DNA from: Candidatus Omnitrophota bacterium
GTDB lineage: Bacteria > Omnitrophota > Gorgyraeia > B26-G9
NCBI GenBank assembly: GCA_018813905.1
Contig: JAHJAO010000086.1
Coordinates: forward strand, 702 to 64,701
DNA length: 64,000 nucleotides
Direction: 5' to 3'
Positions 20,705-30,062 of the stretch are shown here, one piece after another; positions within the stretch are counted from its first letter, which is position 1; every line of letters begins with the position of its first letter. Made by a program: the position numbers and the translations under genes. The notes beneath the pieces were generated by a model. It did not search any database and had not been told where the DNA came from. It saw only the letters and a list, made by a program, of their open reading frames with translations.

Positions 20705-21592
20705 TTAACCGCACCGTGCCGATTCCATATCTTTGATTATGGAATCTACGGCAATTTTTATGTTGGCATTGCCCCGGACAAAATCCTTAACCCGCATAAC
20801 TTTTTCCAAAAGCATTTGAATATCAGAAGCGCAGTAAAATTTTACCCATCTTTCTAAATCCGCTTTAAACTCCGGGCTCATCAAGGCACAATCCCTTGCG
20901 TTCAGTTTTAAAAATAAACCGTCCCTGAGCATAAATAAGACCTCTCCCAAAACGGTTTCCACTTCCCGCCTCTCGAGCAAACAAAGTTCATCTATTAATC
21001 TATTGCTTGAAAAGACATCGCTTTTTTCGAAAAATCTCGCTGCTATTTTTTTAAGATCATCAACAGCTGTTTCCGGCCCAGCTTTATCTTGAGTGATGCG
21101 GACAAGCCGGCACCGGGAAACAACCGTCGGCAAAAGCTGGCTCGCATTTTCGCAGGTCAAAATCAGCAAAGCATCCGGCGGCGGTTCCTCTAAGATTTTA
21201 AGCATGGCGTTGGCGGCCTGCGGGGTAAGACGCTGCGCGTTTTCAATCACAAATATTTTCTTCTGCGCCTGGTACGGCTTCAAATATACCTTTTCTTTTA
21301 AGTGCCGGATGTCTTCTATTTTTATCGAGGCCGTATCTATAGAAGGCGCAAGCCAAAGCACGTCTGGATGCTGTTTTTTTTCTATCATCCGGCAATTCTT
21401 GCAGGTATCGCAGTAGCCGTCTGATTTGGAATTCCCTTCTTCATCTAAACAATTTACCCGTTTTACCAGCGCCAAAATTTCATCACAGATTACGCCGGCA
21501 TTTGAGCCGACAAACAGAAAACTGCGGCCGGACTCAAGTCCAATACGGGCCGATGAACCAGCATTTTCTTTTAATAACTGTGTCTTTGTCAT
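20705..21592 (-). CDS. holB: DNA polymerase III subunit delta-prime
   Basis: CDTCKNC zinc module, HPD, AANAMLKILEEPP, LLPTVVSRC; follows tmk. Confidence 0.88.
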   Translation of the reverse strand: MTKTQLLKENAGSSARIGLESGRSFLFVGSNAGVICDEILALVKRVNCLDEEGNSKSDGYCDTCKNCRMIEKKQHPDVLWLAPSIDTASIKIEDIRHLKEKVYLKPYQAQKKIFVIENAQRLTPQAANAMLKILEEPPPDALLILTCENASQLLPTVVSRCRLVRITQDKAGPETAVDDLKKIAARFFEKSDVFSSNRLIDELCLLERREVETVLGEVLFMLRDGLFLKLNARDCALMSPEFKADLERWVKFYCASDIQMLLEKVMRVKDFVRGNANIKIAVDSIIKDMESARCG

Positions 21593-21606
21593 GAAGTTAG
21601 AGCGCG

Positions 21607-22239
21607 CTATATTTTATTTTTACACCCCAGCCGATTGTGGATTATCTGCTGGATTTTTTCTTCCACATTTTCTATCGAGGTATCGGTAGCAATAACTTTT
21701 ATTCTTTTTTTATCTTTTTTCGCCAGCCGCAAATATCCGTTTCTTACTTTTCCGTGAAAGGCCAAATTACGCTTTTCAAACCGGTCACCCCGGCCAGAAC
21801 GGCTTATTCCTGTTTTGGGGCAGACATCCAGGAGTATTGTCAGATCCGGGACCAATTTTCCTACCGCGGCTTTATTCAATTGTTTTATCAGCCGAACATC
21901 CACGCCCGCCCCGTAACCCTGGTAAGCTAATGTCGCGTCGATATACCGGTCCAGAATAATCACGTCTTTCGTGTATAAATTCTTCTTAAGCTTTTGCGTA
22001 ACTAACTGTTCCCGCGCCGCTACAAATAACAGCGTTTCACAAAAAGCAGTCAGCTCATTTTTGCCATGCAGTAAAATCTCGCGTATTTTCTCGCCTACGC
22101 TTGAGCTGCCGGGTTCACGAAAAATACATACTTTATACCCCTGCCTTTTTAAAAACCGGCTCAAAATCCGGCAATGCGTGCTTTTGCCCGTGCCTTCGAT
22201 TCCTTCCATACTCAACAAAAAAGCGCGTTTTTTAGTCAT
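21607..22239 (-). CDS. tmk: thymidylate kinase
   Basis: EGIEGTGKST, REPG, DRYIDATLAYQG, PDLTILLD. Confidence 0.95.
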   Translation of the reverse strand: MTKKRAFLLSMEGIEGTGKSTHCRILSRFLKRQGYKVCIFREPGSSSVGEKIREILLHGKNELTAFCETLLFVAAREQLVTQKLKKNLYTKDVIILDRYIDATLAYQGYGAGVDVRLIKQLNKAAVGKLVPDLTILLDVCPKTGISRSGRGDRFEKRNLAFHGKVRNGYLRLAKKDKKRIKVIATDTSIENVEEKIQQIIHNRLGCKNKI

Positions 22240-22252
22240 AATTAGTAACTTA

Positions 22253-22281
22253 ATTTTAACAGATATTTATGGATATAGCAA
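22253..22281 (-). promoter_or_regulatory. sigma70-type promoter for the tmk operon
   Basis: Minus strand TTGCTA-17 nt-TAAAAT with TG extension, 13 nt upstream of the tmk ATG. Confidence 0.55.
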
Positions 22282-22333
22282 GCCTGCGCATATCCCGCAA
22301 GAAGAGGTTTATAAAGAAGTGCCGACACCGATA

Positions 22334-22753
22334 CTAAATCAGCTTTTTACCGCTGGTGGTCGTAGTAAAAGAGGCGTGTTTAATGCCTTTTACGGCACGC
22401 AATTTGTGGGCTAAGCCCACAATTGCCTGCGCCTGGCCTTTAGCAGCAATGATCTCCAAACAATTTTTATGGTCGAGATGGATATGCTGGGTAGAGATAA
22501 CTAGTTTTTGAAAATCGTGCTGAATATCTATGATTTTATTCACTAAATCGCGTCTGTGGTGGTCATAAACCAACCCGATTATCGCCGCAACCCTTTTGTT
22601 TTTAAACTGCCAGTCCCGTTCAATAAGCGAATCGCGGATCAGATCCGCTATCGCTTGTGAGCGGTTTTTGTAGTTGCGCCCGGAGATTAAACGGTCAAAA
22701 TCTTTCAAGAGCCGATCATTTAAAGATACGCCAAAACGGATAGTTCGGGACAT
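22334..22753 (-). CDS. nikR: nickel-responsive transcriptional regulator NikR
   Basis: Ribbon-helix-helix RFGVSL..NRSQAIADLIR; VYDHH, HIHLDHKNCLE nickel ligands. Confidence 0.92.
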   Translation of the reverse strand: MSRTIRFGVSLNDRLLKDFDRLISGRNYKNRSQAIADLIRDSLIERDWQFKNKRVAAIIGLVYDHHRRDLVNKIIDIQHDFQKLVISTQHIHLDHKNCLEIIAAKGQAQAIVGLAHKLRAVKGIKHASFTTTTSGKKLI

Positions 22754-22774
22754 AATTATATTTTTTAAAAAAAG

Positions 22775-22996
22775 TTATACCGCCTCAACTACTTTTACGG
22801 AAGGCAGTTCCTGTTTTAATTTATTTTCTATGCCCATTTTCAGCGTCATCTGACTCATGGGACAGCCGCGGCAAGCTCCGGTCAGCTTCACTTTTACCCT
22901 TCCATCTTCGGTAACTTCAACAAGTTCTACGTCGCCGCCGTCGGCCTGAAGTGCCGGGCGAATCTTTGCCAATACTTTTTCCACATCTTCCCGCAT
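22775..22996 (-). CDS. NifU/Nfu-like Fe-S carrier protein
   Basis: IRPALQADGGDVEL, GACRGCPMS; ATG at 22996 with GAGGAG. Confidence 0.92.
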   Translation of the reverse strand: MREDVEKVLAKIRPALQADGGDVELVEVTEDGRVKVKLTGACRGCPMSQMTLKMGIENKLKQELPSVKVVEAV

Positions 22997-23027
22997 AACA
23001 TTTTCTCCTCTCATCTTGCCAGTAGGT

Positions 23028-23094
23028 AAATTACAGATTACAAATCTCAAACAAATCTAAAATTTCAAATTGTTAATTGTTAATTTTCAATTGT
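23028..23094. repeat. degenerate 7-bp tandem tract
   Basis: aaattac agattac aaatctc (aaac) aaatcta aaatttc aaattgt taattgt taatttt caattgt. Confidence 0.65.
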
Positions 23095-23327
23095 TATTTC
23101 CGTTCTTCTGTCTTAATATTTAGAATCTTTTTAGAATTATATTTTCCCTTTACGAACATAATCGCCGATTTTGGCACCTTAAAATATTCGGCGAGCATAT
23201 CTAAAAGTTTGCGATTGGCCTTGCCCCGTTCGCGAGCGGTAATCAATTTTACCAAAAATTCGCCCTTGGATTGCTGAATTATTTGGTTAACCGAAGCACT
23301 GGTTATTACCTTTACGCTTATAAACAT
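23094..23327 (-). CDS. DUF167 (YggU-like) protein
   Basis: ISVKV, GKANRKLLDMLAEYFKVPKS, GKYNSKK. Confidence 0.85.
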   Translation of the reverse strand: MFISVKVITSASVNQIIQQSKGEFLVKLITARERGKANRKLLDMLAEYFKVPKSAIMFVKGKYNSKKILNIKTEERK

Positions 23328-23334
23328 GCTTTTT

Positions 23335-24696
23335 TTATTCTACCTGGGGCAATTCTTTTAACGCCTCTTCAATTTTGTCCTTAGGATATTCATAATCCTC
23401 GAGTTTATCGGCAAAATATTTGTCATAGGCTCCCAGGTCAAAAAATCCATGGCCGCTGTAGTTAAATACGATGGTCCGAGCGACCTTTTCCTGTTTACAC
23501 TTTATGGCCTCATCAATCGCCGCCCGCACCGCATGCGCTGTTTCCGGAGCGGGAATCCGGCCCTCCGCGCGGGCAAAAGTAACCGCGGCCTCAAATATAG
23601 CTCTTTGATGAAAACTTGCCGCTTCCACTATTTTTTCCTGGGCAAGTAAACTCACCAGCGGCGCCATACCGTGATAACGCAGGCCGCCGGCATGAATGCC
23701 CGGCGGGACAAAGTTATGTCCGAGCGTAAACATCTTAATCAAGGGCGTCATCTGAGCGGTATCGCCGAAATCATAGCGGTAAGGCCCTTTGGTTAGCGTC
23801 GGGCAGGCCGTAGGCTCGGTACCGATAAAACGTATCTTTCTATCTTTATTCAAATCCTCGTCAAAAATGAACGGAAAAACAAACCCGGCGAAATTACTTC
23901 CGCCGCCACAGCAGCCGATCATGATATCCGGCTTCTCGCCGATTTGCATCAACTGTTTTTTGGTTTCAAGGCCGATGATACTCTGGTGCATCAATACATG
24001 GTTTAATACGCTGCCTAAAGAATATTTAGTATCCTTACTCGTTACCGTATCCTCAATCGCCTCGCTTATGGCGATACCGAGGCTGCCCGGGCAGTTCGGG
24101 TCTTTTTCCAGAATCATTTTTCCGGTTTTGGTGCGGGTACTGGGACTTGGAAAAATCTGCGCTTTCCAGATTTGCATAAGCGAACGCCGATATGGTTTTT
24201 GTTCATAACTGACTTTAACCATATAGACCACGCACTCCAGGCCGAAAAAATTAGTGGCAAAAGCCAGGGCGCTGCCCCACTGGCCGGCGCCGGTTTCAGT
24301 AGCTAATCTTTTTGTGCCGGCCTTTTTGTTATAGTAAGCCTGCGCAATCGCGGTATTCGGTTTGTGCGAGCCGGGCGGACTGACAGATTCATCCTTAAAA
24401 TATATCCGGGCCGGTGTATCGAGAAATTTTTCCAAACGCCTTGCCCGAATCAAAGGTGTCGGTCTCCAGATGGACAAAATATTCAGTATTTCCTCCGGAA
24501 TATCGATCCAGCGCACAGTACTTACTTCCTGCTCAATTAAAGACATCGGAAAAATCGCGGCAAAGTCCTCCGGGGTTGCCGGCTTTCCCGTACCCGGATT
24601 AAGCGGCGGCGGCAGAGGGTGAGCCAGATCTGCCTGGATATTGTACCATTTCCTGGGCATATCTTTTTTTGAAAGCAGAATTCTATTATCTTCCAT
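23335..24696 (-). CDS. trpB2: TrpB2-type tryptophan synthase beta-like PLP enzyme
   Basis: [49 protein letters not shown]. Confidence 0.92.
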   Translation of the reverse strand: MEDNRILLSKKDMPRKWYNIQADLAHPLPPPLNPGTGKPATPEDFAAIFPMSLIEQEVSTVRWIDIPEEILNILSIWRPTPLIRARRLEKFLDTPARIYFKDESVSPPGSHKPNTAIAQAYYNKKAGTKRLATETGAGQWGSALAFATNFFGLECVVYMVKVSYEQKPYRRSLMQIWKAQIFPSPSTRTKTGKMILEKDPNCPGSLGIAISEAIEDTVTSKDTKYSLGSVLNHVLMHQSIIGLETKKQLMQIGEKPDIMIGCCGGGSNFAGFVFPFIFDEDLNKDRKIRFIGTEPTACPTLTKGPYRYDFGDTAQMTPLIKMFTLGHNFVPPGIHAGGLRYHGMAPLVSLLAQEKIVEAASFHQRAIFEAAVTFARAEGRIPAPETAHAVRAAIDEAIKCKQEKVARTIVFNYSGHGFFDLGAYDKYFADKLEDYEYPKDKIEEALKELPQVE

Positions 24697-24736
24697 CTTT
24701 CCCTCCTTAATTTTGTTTTTGAGAACAATTTAGTTT

Positions 24737-24765
24737 AAAATAGCACAAAAAGGCGGGTTCGTCAA
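24737..24765 (-). promoter_or_regulatory. sigma70-type promoter for trpB2
   Basis: Minus strand TTGACG-17 nt-TATTTT with TG extension; AGGAGG SD downstream. Confidence 0.55.
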
Positions 24766-24847
24766 CGACAAGGAAAAGTTAAATAATTTTTCCAAAAGAT
24801 CGCAATTTTTAAGGCGAGAGCTATCCAACTGTCATCTGTTAACCAAA

Positions 24848-26035
24848 TCATATTGCTTGTTCCACAAACACCATATTGGCAGATAATCCGCTTTGGGTCT
24901 TTATGCTGAACAGGTCTTTTATTTGCTCCAAAGCAGCGTTGTGGCCATAAACACTATTATCCAGCATAACCGGAAGTCCTAAGTTTATATAGTGCTCGAT
25001 TAACCGTTGCTGCGCCGAATAGGCGGCGGAAGATTCAAAAGTAAACAATCGGCGCAAAAATTTATCCATGAGCAGCGTTAATCTCTCTCCGACATAAGTG
25101 CTGTAGGGCAGATTATCCTTTTCCGCGGCCGGGCCATAGTACGCCCGCTTGGCCAGGCGGTGATAGGCCCAGGCGAAAAATTCGGAAGCGATGCTAAACG
25201 GCGGGTTTTGATATTCAGCCAAAATATTTCTCAAACCCGCGCCGGTTAAGTTAAAAAACATTTTTTGCCCCAGGTCGAAGTCGACTTCGATACCGCCCCA
25301 CGCCACTGTATAAGAAAATCGCGGCAGCTGATTACCGAAAAATTTCAACATCAAGCCTTCCGCCTCAACCTTAGTTATATTTCCTTTTATAAAATCGTTT
25401 ATGACGATACCCGGATAATTATACTGGAAACGCAATAACTGTTTAATCTCCATAAAGATATTCCATAACTCTTTATCCTGCGCATAGTACAGATCAGCCT
25501 CGATCCTATTAAAATCCTGGATAAAACTTATCTCCTTATCTACCGGCCGGCGGCTTCTATAAACGGCAATATGTCCGGCATGCACGGCCTCATGCGTCAT
25601 GCGTTCATGTAAACTGATCTCATCCGCGCCTTTGGCGAAAATCCAGATATTCAAGTGCGCATCAAAGCAACCGACGGTTGTCGGATGAAATCCTTTTTTC
25701 AAAATAAACTCCTGCCACCATAACTCATCATAGATAAAGTTTACGTTCGCGCCTTTTTTCTGCGCGATCCTACGGTAAAAATCCACGTTGTCCGGCACCC
25801 CAAACAAAGAAGAACCGTTTGTATCTTCTGCCCGGCGTGATCGTTGCGGAGCAGCGGTTATTATGGAAAATTCAGCCTTATTTATCGCTGCCTGTTGAAA
25901 AGGCGCTTGAAACTGCTGGTAAGCGATTTGCAGCGCCGGCGCAAGATAGTCTCCTCTGGCCCAAGCTGTTGGGCAAAGTAAAACTCCCGGCAAAAGCAAC
26001 ACGGCTATAATTTTAAAAACTAATTTATTATTCAT
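24848..26035 (-). CDS. secreted hypothetical protein with HExxH zinc-metalloprotease-like motif
   Basis: Signal peptide ending AWA; THEAVHAGH; distal SEFFAWAY as candidate third ligand; own promoter. Confidence 0.6.
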   Translation of the reverse strand: MNNKLVFKIIAVLLLPGVLLCPTAWARGDYLAPALQIAYQQFQAPFQQAAINKAEFSIITAAPQRSRRAEDTNGSSLFGVPDNVDFYRRIAQKKGANVNFIYDELWWQEFILKKGFHPTTVGCFDAHLNIWIFAKGADEISLHERMTHEAVHAGHIAVYRSRRPVDKEISFIQDFNRIEADLYYAQDKELWNIFMEIKQLLRFQYNYPGIVINDFIKGNITKVEAEGLMLKFFGNQLPRFSYTVAWGGIEVDFDLGQKMFFNLTGAGLRNILAEYQNPPFSIASEFFAWAYHRLAKRAYYGPAAEKDNLPYSTYVGERLTLLMDKFLRRLFTFESSAAYSAQQRLIEHYINLGLPVMLDNSVYGHNAALEQIKDLFSIKTQSGLSANMVFVEQAI

Positions 26036-26072
26036 ATCCTGAATGTAATTTTGAAACTATAAAAAGTGTTAA

Positions 26073-26101
26073 AGTATACCACAAGAAATTGGTCTTGGCA
26101 A
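26073..26101 (-). promoter_or_regulatory. sigma70-type promoter for the secreted HExxH protein
   Basis: Minus strand TTGCCA-17 nt-TATACT with TG extension. Confidence 0.65.
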
Positions 26102-26184
26102 GCAAAGCGGTACTTAGAACCTAGGGCGGGTTACTTATCTTAACTTATTGATATAAAATGAGTTATGGATGAGCAAGGCCTGTT

Positions 26185-26264
26185 TTATATCCAGCCGCCT
26201 AACTCCAATATGCGCATGTGCACGGTATTATTTTCCGTTATCTTGACGTGCGCTTGTTGGCCGA
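26185..26264 (-). pseudogene. displaced 3' fragment of the ureidoglycolate-lyase-like gene
   Basis: Reads GQQAHVKITENNTVHMRILELGGWI-stop, versus ...RILELDEWIPAKSKRGLK in the intact gene at 30059-30502. Confidence 0.8.
26204..26264. repeat. 61-bp exact direct repeat, copy 1 (left boundary of AT-rich cassette)
   Basis: tccaatatgcgcatgtgcacggtattattttccgttatcttgacgtgcgcttgttggccga, identical to 30105-30165. Confidence 0.97.
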
Positions 26265-26304
26265 CATAAAACTGCGGGGGTTATTTGGACACCAAATATG
26301 ATAA

Positions 26305-27537
26305 TTATTCAACGCTGGAAATATTGATATCTTTTACTCTCGTATTTTCCAAGCTAACATTAAGCGCAATCTCTTTCCTTAAAGGTTCATTCTTAAAATC
26401 ATAAATCAGAACATCTTTATATGTTATTGCCGCAGGGGTTTTAGAAACCTTTAATTTTTCCGGTAATATCGTTTTTATATCAGAAATGTCCATTCCTTTA
26501 TATACCCTTCCATAAAAAGTATAGACTTCACTGACCGGTTTTTCTTTATAATGCTTTTTAACCAGTTTCTCTCCTGTCAATAGCAAATAATCTTCTTTAA
26601 ATTCTTCTTTATAACAAAATTCTTTCATCGATGTTCTTTCTATATGATTTTTCTCGCCTACATAAAATTTTGACTTTTCTTTGACAAACATACTTTCTTT
26701 TATATAGTTTTCTATCTTTTTTATCCTGTCAGGCACGGGGGGATGTGTTGAAAAATATCTTACGAGCAGTCCTACAGTCGCTCTTGCCGTATCTCCAACT
26801 GGCGTAATTGGTTCAAAAAATTCTCCTTTAGATAATTCCTTTTCAAAGATACGTTTAAAGACAGAAACAGCAGCTAAAGGATGATATCCCGCTTTGTAGG
26901 CCAAATATACTCCTCCCAAATCCGCCTCCGTTTCCTGAAATTCAGAGTATCCAGTTTTTAAAAAAATTTGGTAGCCGATATCCACATAAGTATCTAAATC
27001 CATCACCCCTATAATTTTTTCCAACCTAATTTTATATTGAATTGCTCCAATACAATGCTTTGCGTCAACATGCACTATCTCGTGCCCTAAGATAGCTGCT
27101 AGTTCTGCTTCGGATTTGAGTTGAGCGATTAACCCCATTGAGATATAAATATGCCCTCCGGGAAGCGCAAACGCTTCCGGATAGAAACTATCTAAGATAT
27201 GGGTTTTATAATTAATTTTTTTTCTCTTTACGTTTTTACAAATTATCTGTGCCACCTCATCTATATATTTATGTATTGGGGTATTATTAAACTTTTCTTT
27301 TCCATAAGAAACGCTAATTTTCTTATGTATTTTATTTCCGACCTCCATTTCTTCTTCATCGGTTAAAGAAGTTAAAATATGCCCGGCCTTGTCCGCATGA
27401 TGCAAGATACTTTCAACAAACTCGGAAACCGAATTAAAACTCACTTTATCCGAAGGATTGCCTTTAATCATAATAAATGCAATCGCCAGAATGCTGACTA
27501 ATAAACTAACCGCTAAATAAACATTCCTTAGTTTCAT
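26305..27537 (-). CDS. M48 family zinc metallopeptidase with N-terminal membrane anchor
   Basis: AFALPGGHIYIS, ELAAILGHEIVH, QETEADLGG, STHPPVPDRI. Confidence 0.9.
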   Translation of the reverse strand: MKLRNVYLAVSLLVSILAIAFIMIKGNPSDKVSFNSVSEFVESILHHADKAGHILTSLTDEEEMEVGNKIHKKISVSYGKEKFNNTPIHKYIDEVAQIICKNVKRKKINYKTHILDSFYPEAFALPGGHIYISMGLIAQLKSEAELAAILGHEIVHVDAKHCIGAIQYKIRLEKIIGVMDLDTYVDIGYQIFLKTGYSEFQETEADLGGVYLAYKAGYHPLAAVSVFKRIFEKELSKGEFFEPITPVGDTARATVGLLVRYFSTHPPVPDRIKKIENYIKESMFVKEKSKFYVGEKNHIERTSMKEFCYKEEFKEDYLLLTGEKLVKKHYKEKPVSEVYTFYGRVYKGMDISDIKTILPEKLKVSKTPAAITYKDVLIYDFKNEPLRKEIALNVSLENTRVKDINISSVE

Positions 27538-27548
27538 AAAAACTTCTA

Positions 27549-30062
27549 TTATATAAACTTTTTGATTGTATCTTTATATTTCGTATAAATAAATGAGACG
27601 AAAAGCAATATCGCACCCAGCGCTATTAAAGACAATATGTAATGTAACGTGGATAGTTGTCTCAAATCAATCAAAAACGCTTTTAATAACGTTCCGAACA
27701 AAATTATAAGCCCATATATACGCCAATTTTTGTCTTTAAACCCAAACCCAAACAAAAATAGCAATAATCCCTCTGTCCCCAAACCGATAGTTAACATTAC
27801 CCCGCTTAATTTTACCATCAAAATCGTCGTTAAGAGAATAGTTGCCGATAAACCAAAAACAAATCTCGGCCAATATAAAAACTTCCTTATAAGCCCTCTT
27901 TTTAATTCTGTAACATTTTCGATTATTTGCCTGGCAGTCAAATAGATAAAATTACCGGCGTACAAAGCCCCTACGGTAATACTTGAAAAAAACATATCGC
28001 CGGTCATCCCTACCAGATATTTTTCCTGCAAAACATTGACAAAAATAGCTCTTAATGCGGCGGCGATTGCGGCGATTGAACTGATAGCAAGATAACAGTG
28101 TTTTTTTGATCTTATCGCGATGAATGAATATATTAAGGCGATAATTCCCCATGCAGCTGCGACAACATGCTTAGGTGCTTCAGCTCTCGTTAAAAACATG
28201 ATGCTGCCAAAAATTAAATAATGATAAACTATCCCCATCTTTTTTTCCGCTTCGTTTAATATCGCCTTTATTTTTTCGTCATTTAAAAGCATGACGCAAT
28301 AGTAAAAAAGCATGATGACGGGTGTTACACTCAAAATTCGATAACTAATCCCTCCGATCTCACCGTCAATGGACATATTGGACATGAGCAGCCTTAGAAA
28401 ACTTCCTACTCCCAACACAAAACCTTGCAACCTTTGATAATTCGTATTATTCGAAATCCCCAATCGCAATAAGATAACTCCTAATATCATCCAAGCCGGA
28501 GCTGTCAAAACTTTTGGCAAATCAAGCCATGTTCCCAGCACGTAGATAATAATATAAGCGTAAGAAATTATTGGCGGATGACTCTTTTCCTTTTCGATAA
28601 GCATTTTTTTTCTTTCAAGACGTTGATACGCGAGATAGTCGATTAAATAGGCAACCGCCGCAAAACATAAGAAAAGAATCCGTTTACTTAAATGATAACT
28701 TAACGGTATGTTCTCTATTAAGGGGATATCGGCAAATAAAATTTTACCTAAAATCAGCATCAAAAAGCTAAATGAGAATATCCGCCAGTAAGGCTCTTTC
28801 AATACTATACCTGTCAAAAATACAACTTGTGCAAGAATGATGTAAGATACCGTAAGTTTATATCCCGCATATTCCAACGCTAAAAAGTAAGCTGTAAATA
28901 AGATGGAAAAGATAGAGCTGATCAAGCATAATTGTCTCTGCTTAAAACAATAAGAAATAATAGTGAGCATTAAATACAATCCTGCCCCAATTAATAATGC
29001 TGGTCGCACATACTCCATAAATCCGTTTTGCAGCAAAAAGTAAGTTAAAAACGCGACAACTACAGCATTAACGATGTGGGTCGCTTCTTTTATCCTGATA
29101 TATAAATTGTTATTGTCATTGTCCCGGATAAGAAACGTCGCTAAAACAAAAATTGCCCAGTAAAGGCCAAGGAATCCTATTGCCGTAAAAAATTGCGTTT
29201 TCCCTAAAATCACGCCCGGTGTTGGCGTAAACCAGCAAAGATAAGTAAAATACGTCATGGCCATTCCATATAAACCGAATTTTGCCCATTGCTCTTTAAC
29301 CAGAAAGAAAATGAGGGATAGAGCTACAAGGGTAGTCGCTAACATCGTGTACAGAGACAAAGGGGAAACCATCAAGGTTATAAACATTAAAAGGTATGAA
29401 AATACAGTTGCCAATTCCGATCTATATTTATATATGTGGGCTGCCGCCGCGAATGATACACCCAAGAGAAATACTATTCCGATCAAGGGGCTTTTTATTA
29501 ATTGGACATCGGCAATATGATGCATCGCGTATGTCGTAAAATACAATATTGCCCATGCACCACCAATTAAAGTTTTACCGTAAACAGAAAAGTTATTTTT
29601 CTTTTCAATTTTAGCCCCAAAAATAAGTATACCTAATCCGCTTACATATCCTATGGAAATTTTACCGACAGCCCCTAAATACTTGAAGGAATATCCAATT
29701 AAAAGGGCAATCCCGATTACAACCGCAAGAATACCCAGCTTATTGAATAATTTTCCACCTAAAATCTGTTCAAAATTCTCTATCCAGCTCTTTTTTTGTT
29801 TAGGTAATTCTGTTGTTGTTTGAAACTTTGGTTTTTCAGTTTTTTTTACCTCTTCTTTTTTTACGTCTTGCGGTTTTTCTTCTTTTGCAACTATTTGCTT
29901 GCCGCTTCTTATCTCCTCTATTTCTTTAAGAATCCTCTTTGCCTGGTTTTCCAATTGAGCGAGTCTATCTTCGCTGCCTAAAAGTTCTAGAGGAATCCTG
30001 CAAAGTAAACATACTCCCCATAAATCGCCATACTGCTTACCGCATTTTGGACACTCTTTCAT
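27549..30062 (-). CDS. DUF2339-like polytopic membrane protein with N-terminal zinc ribbon
   Basis: CPKC..CLLC, coiled coil, FEQILGGKLFNKLGIL, many hydrophobic helices, C-terminal KAFLIDL..LGAILLFVSFIY. Confidence 0.75.
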   Translation of the reverse strand: MKECPKCGKQYGDLWGVCLLCRIPLELLGSEDRLAQLENQAKRILKEIEEIRSGKQIVAKEEKPQDVKKEEVKKTEKPKFQTTTELPKQKKSWIENFEQILGGKLFNKLGILAVVIGIALLIGYSFKYLGAVGKISIGYVSGLGILIFGAKIEKKNNFSVYGKTLIGGAWAILYFTTYAMHHIADVQLIKSPLIGIVFLLGVSFAAAAHIYKYRSELATVFSYLLMFITLMVSPLSLYTMLATTLVALSLIFFLVKEQWAKFGLYGMAMTYFTYLCWFTPTPGVILGKTQFFTAIGFLGLYWAIFVLATFLIRDNDNNNLYIRIKEATHIVNAVVVAFLTYFLLQNGFMEYVRPALLIGAGLYLMLTIISYCFKQRQLCLISSIFSILFTAYFLALEYAGYKLTVSYIILAQVVFLTGIVLKEPYWRIFSFSFLMLILGKILFADIPLIENIPLSYHLSKRILFLCFAAVAYLIDYLAYQRLERKKMLIEKEKSHPPIISYAYIIIYVLGTWLDLPKVLTAPAWMILGVILLRLGISNNTNYQRLQGFVLGVGSFLRLLMSNMSIDGEIGGISYRILSVTPVIMLFYYCVMLLNDEKIKAILNEAEKKMGIVYHYLIFGSIMFLTRAEAPKHVVAAAWGIIALIYSFIAIRSKKHCYLAISSIAAIAAALRAIFVNVLQEKYLVGMTGDMFFSSITVGALYAGNFIYLTARQIIENVTELKRGLIRKFLYWPRFVFGLSATILLTTILMVKLSGVMLTIGLGTEGLLLFLFGFGFKDKNWRIYGLIILFGTLLKAFLIDLRQLSTLHYILSLIALGAILLFVSFIYTKYKDTIKKFI

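Noticed and set aside
20705-21592. Degenerate Walker A in the clamp-loader subunit
   Set aside because: Normal for delta-prime, which does not bind ATP
26282-26298. Inverted repeat tatttgg-aca-ccaaata after the M48 gene
   Set aside because: AT-rich 7-bp stem with no U tract; too weak to call a terminator or att core
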